This document shows, piece by piece, positions 56,281 to 64,000 of a DNA stretch of 64,000 nucleotides. A program made the translations under genes and the position numbers. Below the pieces are notes generated by a model, which was not told where the DNA came from, did no database searches, and saw only the letters and a list, made by a program, of their open reading frames with translations. The stretch's first letter is position 1; each line of letters starts with the position of its first letter. This DNA is from an uncultured Nitrospiraceae bacterium (GTDB lineage Bacteria; Nitrospirota; Thermodesulfovibrionia; Thermodesulfovibrionales; UBA6898): contig CAWEQH010000001.1 of NCBI GenBank assembly GCA_963811165.1, positions 544,001-608,000 of the forward strand, given 5' to 3'.

Positions 56281-57472
56281 ATGATCGCCTTGATCTTCTC
56301 CTTGTCTTTTATCTTGGCAGCCAGTTTTGCCGATTTTCTTGTCTGCGGAATTTCCGATCAGCACCCGGTAGAGCATCCCTTTGTCTTTCCCGGAGCCCTT
56401 GACCACAAAGGCATCGTATCCTTTCCCCTTAAATTGTTTCGTCAGCGCGGCGGCATTGTCTCACTCTTAAACACACCCAGTTGAACGGAATAGTCTTTTT
56501 CCCTGAGGTTTTCGCTTTACCCGAAGGAGTGGGCGCTGTGGGCAAGGCGCGGCGGTCCTTTTTTCGCAGGCAATATGGGGGCCGGTGAGGGCGATGCAGG
56601 GGCTGTTTTCCCGGCAGACGGGCAAGCCGCAGGGGCCGTCTTATTTTCAGCGCCGGTCTGTTGTTTTTGCTGTTCATTTTCCGGAGCAGGCGACGGAGTC
56701 GAAGAATGAGCGGGCGCCGCATTCGGTCTTCGGCTTCATGCGGTAGTCGATGGGTTTATGGGGACGGCCTTTTTAGTCCCCAAATCCCGGTATCAGCCCG
56801 CTGTAAAAGAGGGCGCCTGCACGATAACGACAATTACCATGGCCGCTCCGGCGATGACCGCAGGGAGGCTCGCTTCTTTTTTCTGCGCCTCAGCGCTTCT
56901 TTGGAAATTAGGCATCCGCAGGCTCCGGAATTTTTTTTCCCCGTAAACCATTTCTTTATCAGGCTCTTCGTCAAGCTCCGGTATACCCGACAACTGAAAA
57001 ATCGGAGCCTCATGTCCGGGGCCTGTTTTACGGCAGGACCTCAATCGGGAAGGCAGTCTCTTCGCTTTCAGGGGCACGTTCCTTTTTCCTTGACGTGCAG
57101 TACGATGGGGGGCCTTGAATTGAGGACTTTCGCGGTTTTTTCAAGGAGCTCACCGGCGGTGAAAGGGACGGTAATCACGTCCGGCGACACGAAGGCAGAA
57201 GAGAGTCAATTCCATTTTGCTCGCGGGGATATCAATAAGACGAGGGGGACCTTTTGCAGTGACTCGAACCCGCGGATCGTCCTGCACATATCAAGCCCTG
57301 TTTCATCGGGGTTTATGAATATGAGGGAAGGGCTGACTTTCTGCGCCATTTCCGTGCCGACGTCGCCGCCGGGGACCGCAAAAAACCAGATTCCCTTCCG
57401 ATCGAGGGTAGAAGCGATGAGCTGCTCCGTTTCGCTGTCGGAGTCAATTACAAGGATCGTTTTGCTTGCCAT
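56268..57472 (-). CDS. receiver-like domain + single TM + SPOR domain protein (frameshifted)
   Basis: MASKTILVIDSD...SPSLIFIN (receiver fold); TM LPAVIAGAAMVIVVIV..ALFY; SPOR YSVQLGVFKSE.NAAAL...KGYDAFVV...LYRVLIG. Confidence 0.78.
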
Positions 57473-57511
57473 AGTAAATTCCCTTTCAATGGGTTATCGT
57501 ATCCCGAGACC

Positions 57512-58529
57512 TCAAAGAGGTTCCCAGTACTTCGAAGGCATATGTTGCGCCAGTTCAGCGCACCGTTCATCCTGCAAACAGAGGGTCTTCCACGCAAGAT
57601 ACCCTGCAGGGGCCGTATTCTCTCAGTGCGTCCTGCAAATATTCACGGAGGCCCCGGATCAGGCTGCCGCCGCCTGCAAAGACGATATTGTTTTTATCCT
57701 GACCTGAATTCAGGATCGAACCTCGCGATCATCTCGGTGGTGGTCTCGGTGAGCGCCGGAAGAATGCTTTCGGAGGCCGCTTGATCTCGTGTTTGATATC
57801 GTGCATGACGGGTTTGCCGTCGACCGGTATCCCTCGCGGACCTCTTCGGCCGTGTCCCTTACAAAGCTGTAATTTTTTTTGAACCGACGCACCATGTTCT
57901 TGTTGAACTTCGAGTTGGGATATTTCTCGATCAGATAGCTGAACAGCTGGTCTTCTATGTAATCGCCCGCATTCAGTATGGTCTTCTGGGCTTCCTCTGT
58001 AGGGATCGCCCCGTGCATGATGCAGAAATCGGTCGTACCCGCGCCGATATCGATGACGAGCGAATGTTCAGGAGGTTCATCCCGTAGGCGACCGCAAAGG
58101 GTTCGGTCACACCATCAATGCGTGGACGAATTCCGTCACCGCCTTTCTGATGGCGAGTTGTTCACCTTCAGGGTATCGGCCGAACGCCCACGACCGCGTG
58201 TATCTTTTGTTCCGGTTTGGGGCCTGCGAGTTCGATCAGATGCTTCATGATCTCTTTCACGGCCTCTTCGTTTTTGCCGATCCCTTCCTTTATCACACCA
58301 TGCTCAAGAGCCGGCAGACGTCGAGGGAGAGCCTGTTTTGGAGCGCCTCGGCGCCGAAGAGCACCGGCTTGCCGACGACCTGCATCGAGATAAAGTCCTT
58401 GGGCCAGCCCACGAAACTCTCGATCCATTCCCTCTTGTCGTTGCCGGCCGAGATCGCGGACCTCGATGTCCCGAGGTCGATCCCTACGAACAGGATGTTA
58501 TCTTTTTTCTGCGGATCCGTTTGCCTCAT
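57512..58529 (-). CDS. MamK-like actin-family ATPase (about 340 aa, many frameshifts)
   Basis: Reconstructed motifs FVGIDLGTSRS, SFVGWPKD, LEHGVIKE, HAVVGV, EPFAVAYG, IDIGAGTTDFC, AGDYIED, NIVFAGGGSLIRGL, CVEDPLFAG, MPSKYWEPL. Confidence 0.88.
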
Positions 58530-59556
58530 AGCTCATTTCTCCTTTATTTAGGTAATCCAGTATCCCGGCCTCAAGATAATGGGCGATATTCTCCCTGTGC
58601 CCCGGGGTGTTCAGCATCTGTTCCTCCTCTTTGTTGCTCAGGCATGAGACCTCCGCCAGCACGGCCGGTATGTCCACTCCAAGCAGCACGACGAAAGGCG
58701 CCCTCTTGACCCCGAAGTCGTAGGCGTTTCCGTTGTCTTTCTTGAAGTTCAGAAAAAGCGTTTTTTGTATGGAATATGCAAGGCCCCTGGACTCCTGCGT
58801 CTTCATCCTCTCCCCCAGCTTTTCGATGATCTCCTTGAAATCGCTCAGGCCATACTGGGACCCGGCGTTTTCCTGTTCCGCAAGCCTTTGCGTCTTGGTA
58901 TCGGCAGAGGGACCGAAAAAGTAGGTCTCGATGATATTGATCGGTTTGTGGGGAATATAATTGAGATGAATGGACAGGAAGAGGTCCGCCTTTTTTGATA
59001 CTGCCATATCGACCCTTTTATTGAGGGGCACCGTAACGTCCTGGTCTCGGGTCATCAACACGTTAAACCGGCCGTATTTGTCTAAACGTTCCTTCAGCCT
59101 CCTTGCGATGTCTAAAGTGATGTCCTTCTCAAGAGTGCCCATTACTCCCTTTGTGCCGGAGTCTGCGCCGCCGTGCCCCGCGTCTATCATGATCGTCCTT
59201 ACCCCCAGGCCGAAGGTGCGGCTGACCGACATATCGGGATTGGTGATAAATGCCCGGAAATCGGCCGGATTTGATTTGGGGCCGGGAGTGAGAATTTTTT
59301 GACTTATCTCGCTTGCGGTCAGCTGTTTTTCCGAGAAGAACGAGTTTGAGACGTAGGAGCCGTGGACCAGGATAGCGACCGTTGAGATAAGCAGGGTCAG
59401 GAAAAACTTATTGAGGAGAAAAGGTTTTTGCCGTGATGCAACGCCGTCGCCCTTGCCGATGATCCGCAAATTTTCTTCATAGACGCCCCGCAGCATCTCC
59501 TGCCGGACCTTAAGATCGTTTTTCTTCCGCGAAAAAATAGAGATCATGACGTTCAC
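58498..59556 (-). CDS. membrane-anchored N-acetylmuramoyl-L-alanine amidase (Amidase_3)
   Basis: IMIDAGHGGAD, EKDITL, MTRDQD, FLSIHLN, PAVLAEV; N-proximal TM FFLTLLISTVAILV. Confidence 0.93.
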   Translation of the reverse strand: MNVMISIFSRKKNDLKVRQEMLRGVYEENLRIIGKGDGVASRQKPFLLNKFFLTLLISTVAILVHGSYVSNSFFSEKQLTASEISQKILTPGPKSNPADFRAFITNPDMSVSRTFGLGVRTIMIDAGHGGADSGTKGVMGTLEKDITLDIARRLKERLDKYGRFNVLMTRDQDVTVPLNKRVDMAVSKKADLFLSIHLNYIPHKPINIIETYFFGPSADTKTQRLAEQENAGSQYGLSDFKEIIEKLGERMKTQESRGLAYSIQKTLFLNFKKDNGNAYDFGVKRAPFVVLLGVDIPAVLAEVSCLSNKEEEQMLNTPGHRENIAHYLEAGILDYLNKGEMSYEANGSAEKR

Positions 59557-59559
59557 AAC

Positions 59560-59588
59560 ACTTTACCAATTTGCGGGAAAAAATTCAA
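59560..59588 (-). promoter_or_regulatory. putative sigma70 promoter of the amidase-actin-SPOR unit
   Basis: Minus strand TTGAAT, 17 nt, TG-n-TAAAGT; would favour ATG 59547 as the amidase start. Confidence 0.5.
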
Positions 59589-59849
59589 TGGTGAAGCTCT
59601 CTTATAGCAGGCATGTCACTTGTCCTGTGCCCTCTGCAGCAAAAAATGTATCTTGTTCCAGGCCATGTTGTTAGCGCCTGTGCTTGCCCGCTATGTATAT
59701 GTAATAGTAATGGCGCCGAGGGGAACCCTCTCCCAGGTTTTTCTCGCTCTTGCCTATCCCGAAGCCGAAATTCAAGAAATTCAGTCTCTGTCGTCCATTA
59801 ATTCATATTCTTCAACTATAGAGTATTCATCCTGAATCCGGAAAACAAT

Positions 59850-60899
59850 TTAAATTATGACCTGCATCTTCTTCAGGCCAAAGGCAGTTAGGTTCGTTAA
59901 GAGGAAGGATAGCATATAAATGATAATCACTAGAAAAGAGAATAACAAATAATCTTCTAAGAGATTTAATTGAAGGTATCTAAAAAGAGGTAAAGTCTGA
60001 GTTAATAAAATATGATGAATTAGAAATGCTCCATAAGAATATACACTGAAAAAATTAACAATCTTCTTAAGAAATAAAATATCAAAAAAAGAAGAGACAC
60101 ATGATAAACATATGAAAATGCAAATACCTTCTATAGCCGTCCTATAAAGGATAGGCATATTCGTTTCAACAGCCAAGAAAAAGAATATTCCTGCTATTCC
60201 TATTATGAAAACTTTTGACAATCCATGAGAGGGGTTATAGAAATAAACAAAACTCATGCCAAAGGCAAATTCGACTAACCGAGACAGCGGAAATCTGAGA
60301 ATTTCCATATTCAGACAATAAAATCTTTCCGTCAAGATCATTATGAATACACAAAACAGAAAGGTGATCAATTGATTTGTCAAAAATAGACGCCGCAAAA
60401 AAGGAAAAATCATATACATGATGATGATAAAGCCTAAAAACCATTCTCCCAGCAAATAAAAATTATTTACTCCATACCGCAAAAAACCATCTAGCCCCGC
60501 GATTGTAAGCAAGAAAGTTGCCAAATGTGCTTTTACAGGAACCGCTTGATATTTCAAGAATAATATTGAAAAAGTTATCACATAAGTAACCCAGAAAAGA
60601 GGATAAATGGAAAAAAACCTTTTTTTAAAAAAAGCCTTTGCCTCAAAGGTGTCTTTTGTGCTTACCATTAGTGAAGCTCCCGATAGAATAATGAAGAGTG
60701 ACACTCCTATAAGTCCCCAAAAAGAGTGATCCAAGCTAAACAGCGATTGAGGCCAGAAGACGATATTGTTCGTAATTCCCATTTCCAGGGCATGATAATT
60801 GTAATGAAAAATTATTATCAGTAATATTGAAATCGCTCTTAAAAAGTCAAGGTAGAAAAGTCTTTTCCCCTTCATCGTATGTAGTTTGACATTATCCAC
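59850..60899 (-). CDS. acyltransferase family 3 (O-acetyltransferase)
   Basis: YLDFLRAISI...H, GVSLFIILSG, KKRFFSIYP, SYGAFLIH; polytopic membrane protein; very AT-rich. Confidence 0.9.
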   Translation of the reverse strand: MDNVKLHTMKGKRLFYLDFLRAISILLIIIFHYNYHALEMGITNNIVFWPQSLFSLDHSFWGLIGVSLFIILSGASLMVSTKDTFEAKAFFKKRFFSIYPLFWVTYVITFSILFLKYQAVPVKAHLATFLLTIAGLDGFLRYGVNNFYLLGEWFLGFIIIMYMIFPFLRRLFLTNQLITFLFCVFIMILTERFYCLNMEILRFPLSRLVEFAFGMSFVYFYNPSHGLSKVFIIGIAGIFFFLAVETNMPILYRTAIEGICIFICLSCVSSFFDILFLKKIVNFFSVYSYGAFLIHHILLTQTLPLFRYLQLNLLEDYLLFSFLVIIIYMLSFLLTNLTAFGLKKMQVII

Positions 60900-61911
60900 G
60901 AAGAAACTTTTTGATCTTCATTAAGAAGAAGTCCTTTTCCCAAACAGAGGTCATAATACTGTAAAGGTATTTATTATCGACTTTCACGGTTTTCATAATT
61001 TGTTTTCTCTTGCTCATCATGCTTGGAAAAAAAATGACAACGTCTCTTTTTGCCTTAAGATAAACCCTCAGTTTCCTATGCTTTACTGCAAAATAGATAA
61101 ACTCAGATATGATGCCAAGGATAAATTCCGGGAAACACCTCAAGAAAAGAACAAATGAGATATTCTTGATTCTCACAAATTCGCTGTTCCTGAGGGTATA
61201 ATAAACAGCCATATCGCTCATATGACCTATCGATGAGCGAACCTTATGATAGACTACCGCGGTAGGTACGTAGAGGACCTGCCAACCTGCAAGCTGAGCC
61301 CTGAAGTTAAGATCGGTATCTTCGTGGATCAGGAAAAAATCTTTGTCAAGAAAACCGATCTCATCGAGCATTTTCCGCCTGTAAAGTGCAGCACCTGCAC
61401 AAGCACCGAAGACATATTCCTGGCTGTTATAGTTGAGGCTGGCTTCCCCTTCTCCTCGTTTAAAGCCCTTCAGCGATGTTGAGTATCCGTCACCCGCACT
61501 ATCTATGTTATCTGTTCCAAAAACAATCATTTTAGAAGCGCAGATGCCCGTATCGGGACGCGCTTCCATCACTCTAACAAGATTATCGATCCATTCCCTG
61601 CCGGGTTCGGTGTCATTATTAAGGAGGGCTATATATTCGGCTTCCGTATACGCTAACCCCGCCAGATTACCACCAGCAAAGCCTGAGTTACCGTTTAAGG
61701 GGATTAATTTTACAGGATTTAAAGTGCTCATTTCTAAAAACTTTCGGATTTCATTTATTGAATTATCTGACGAGCCATTTTCAACAATGATAACCTCAAA
61801 GTCCTTAAAGCTCTGCTCCTCAATAGCTCTCAGACAATCTATCGTCAGGTCGCTCCCATTGTAATTGACAATAATTATGCTTACTTTGGGCATCTGCCTT
61901 GGTTGATGCAT
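60892..61911 (-). CDS. GT2 glycosyltransferase
   Basis: VSIIIVNYN, ENGSSD, LLNND, HEDTDL. Confidence 0.92.
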   Translation of the reverse strand: MHQPRQMPKVSIIIVNYNGSDLTIDCLRAIEEQSFKDFEVIIVENGSSDNSINEIRKFLEMSTLNPVKLIPLNGNSGFAGGNLAGLAYTEAEYIALLNNDTEPGREWIDNLVRVMEARPDTGICASKMIVFGTDNIDSAGDGYSTSLKGFKRGEGEASLNYNSQEYVFGACAGAALYRRKMLDEIGFLDKDFFLIHEDTDLNFRAQLAGWQVLYVPTAVVYHKVRSSIGHMSDMAVYYTLRNSEFVRIKNISFVLFLRCFPEFILGIISEFIYFAVKHRKLRVYLKAKRDVVIFFPSMMSKRKQIMKTVKVDNKYLYSIMTSVWEKDFFLMKIKKFLRG

Positions 61912-61961
61912 GTCTGAATAATGAAGATAGGGAGCCCGATCTCATTCATACGGGTTTGCAC

Positions 61962-64000
61962 TTAATACGAGGAAATTAAATATGAAACGTCATCGCTTTC
62001 GCTCTTAATGAATACCTTAATGATATTAAAGCCAGTATCTTTAGAAATTACTTCCTTTAAAACTGATCCCCCAACTTTAAACTCCCATCCCGAATTCAGA
62101 CAATCAGCCCTATCAAAATGCTTTTCCACATCCGGACGCGGCATCCCAAGCGTTGCCTTTCCCACAAGTTCAGCATTGGCATAAATGAAGATCTCCTTTA
62201 CGGGGTCATTGATTCCTTTGCCTATAGCCCACCCGAAAATGGAGAGACCGCCATCCTGTGTCATCCAAACAGAATCAATGTTTCCCATAGGGTAATGGGT
62301 AGGCATCAAATTGTTCATCTGCGGAATATTCTTTTTTGTAACCACATAAATATCCTGAAATCCGCGTAATTCTTTCTCCAGAAAATAAATATTGGCAATG
62401 CCTATTTTCTTGCCCAATCCCTCCACCCAATCTCGTTTTACAAAGGTAGATCCATATTCCTTTGAAGACAATGACCTGCTTTCGCTCCAATTAAAAAAGG
62501 TGAACCCTGACGGATCGATCTGAAGTCCTTCAGGGCACAACGATTCTCCATGCGTTGAAAAGATAAGGATTCCGTCATCGTCCAAAACGTTATAGAGAGT
62601 CGATAGCCACTCTTCAAAACGGTTTGCGGGAAGATGAGAAAATAGAGATCCTACATAAATTATCTCAAAGTTTCCGGGAAATACCAGGCGTGAAGGTTCT
62701 GTTTCAGAGTAAAACCCATTTACCATAAAATATTTCTTTTGAAAATCTACCGCGTCCTTGTAGATATCGCTTACCCATACTTTGGTGGACTCGATCTCTT
62801 GAATCAAGAACCTCGTAACCCTTCCGTAGCCGCATGCAAAGTCCAAAAAGGTTCTTACTTCTCGAAACGACTTTCCGCTAAACCGTATAATATTTTCAAT
62901 GCTCTTAAAACATTCTCTGCCTATTATGAAATAGAGATATTTTGCCGTATCCTTCTGCTCGGTGCTATTTCTCGAAGTGATATACATCTCATCTTCCGGA
63001 CTTATTACATCAACAAAAGTATTGGGGTTCTTCGCTGCCGTTTCGATGTAGGCATTCGCTAATTTTTCCTCTCTGTCAGTGAACAAATGTTGATTGATGA
63101 CATGCCTGTCATTAGATCCTTTTGTCTTCTCCATACACTGTCTAATAAATCCTTTTATCTTTTCCATGCATTGTTTGTTAAAAGTCTCTTCCCAGCTCTG
63201 GCTCCAATGAACGTTGGCTCCGCTTACACGGCTGTCATAATTTTCAATATTCTTTATTGCCCTCACGAGTCCATTTTCTATTCCTTCTGTTGTGGGTTCA
63301 GCCGGGATAATATTTGTCGAAGATTTCCCTAAGACGTTCTGCTGTTTTATTAGCAAAGGTATTTGTTATAACAAGCATCCCCGCTGCAGCCATTTCTAAA
63401 GGTACAATGCTTGGGTGTGGTGAAAGCATCAAACTAAGGCCAATATCAAACCCCGGCAGCACCTCTTTATATTCGTTCAGACTCAGCTTCGGCAACAGTT
63501 TCATAGATACATTGTCATGAAGGATTATCTTCTTGTTCTCTCCCTCTACACTGCCGATTCCATAGAACTCCCAGTTATCAACATCAAAATAACCACTTCC
63601 GATTACATTGGACAATGCGATCATTCCAAGCTCAAACATGTTTCGTGATGCATGTTCCTCAGGGCGTGCATAAAACAATAATTTCTTTTTTGCCCTACTC
63701 GCCATCTTGGTCTTGTCTAATTGAAATTTCAGAATCGCGTTCTCAATAGCAACAGACGATTCCTCACCGATTTGATGCCCGTCTCTAAATACTCCTAATC
63801 GATTCTGACTGAAATATTCTCTCAGTATTTCCGTAGAAAACACCGCGTAATGAGGAAGATTATAGCTTTCCATCGCCAAAGCCGCAAATGATCCCATCGG
63901 GTAAAATATAGGTTCGAATTCCTGGCTGAGATATAGAAAGTTATGAGAATTGAGGTATTTTATAGCGTAATTTGCGATATGAGCCGTCCACCAGCTGGTC
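61962..64000 (-). CDS. WsaF-like glycosyltransferase fused to a class I methyltransferase (5' end off window; frameshift near 63322)
   Basis: TSWWTAH, QEFEPIFYP, FYARP...RNMFELG, SPHPSIVPLEMAAAG; then LDFACGYGR, GSLFSHL; removing one T joins the two ORFs. Confidence 0.78.

Noticed and set aside
56268..59556. A magnetosome island
   Set aside because: Only the actin resembles a Mam protein. The TPR genes at 50-52 kb are exported and unlike MamA, and the acidic linker is too short and generic to call MamJ.
59613..59835. Short plus-strand ORFs between the amidase and the acyltransferase
   Set aside because: No recognisable motif or clear RBS; cannot be supported.

Overview
Bacterial chromosomal window, most likely Nitrospirota of the Thermodesulfovibrionia type (judged by eye from 16S/23S motifs and gene content, not by a search). 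1-26.7 kb is intact core genome: ntrBC-like two-component pair, rpsU-yqeY-dnaG-rpoD-tRNA(CAT), zinc-ribbon protein, RNase P RNA, LysR, GH57, class IV aminotransferase, lptFG, porin, heptose kinase, PP-loop thiouridylase, Trx-TrxR fusion and a full rrn operon (16S-tRNAIle-tRNAAla-23S-5S). 27-64 kb is accessory and carries many single-base frameshifts, probably long-read indel errors: a sulfated/methylated surface-glycan locus (three WbsX-type domains, two sulfotransferases, methyltransferases, GT2/GT4, wzm/wzt, acyltransferase), an extracellular module (SCO, cytochrome c, very large OmpB/MofA-like multicopper oxidase, S8 protease, secreted S74 protein) and two TPR genes. The most striking item, hidden by frameshifts in the ORF track, is a three-gene unit at 56.3-59.6 kb: membrane-anchored peptidoglycan amidase, MamK-like actin, and a pseudo-receiver/TM/SPOR protein, with no other magnetosome gene in the window. 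This suggests a MamK-type filament coupled to cell-wall remodelling. Also notable: a GTAG REP-like doublet inside 23S rRNA, a 33-nt insert in RNase P helix P13, heptamer-periodic elements, and an unannotated 52-aa Cys-rich ORF behind a perfect promoter and a structured leader. All family assignments are from motif recognition; no database search was run.
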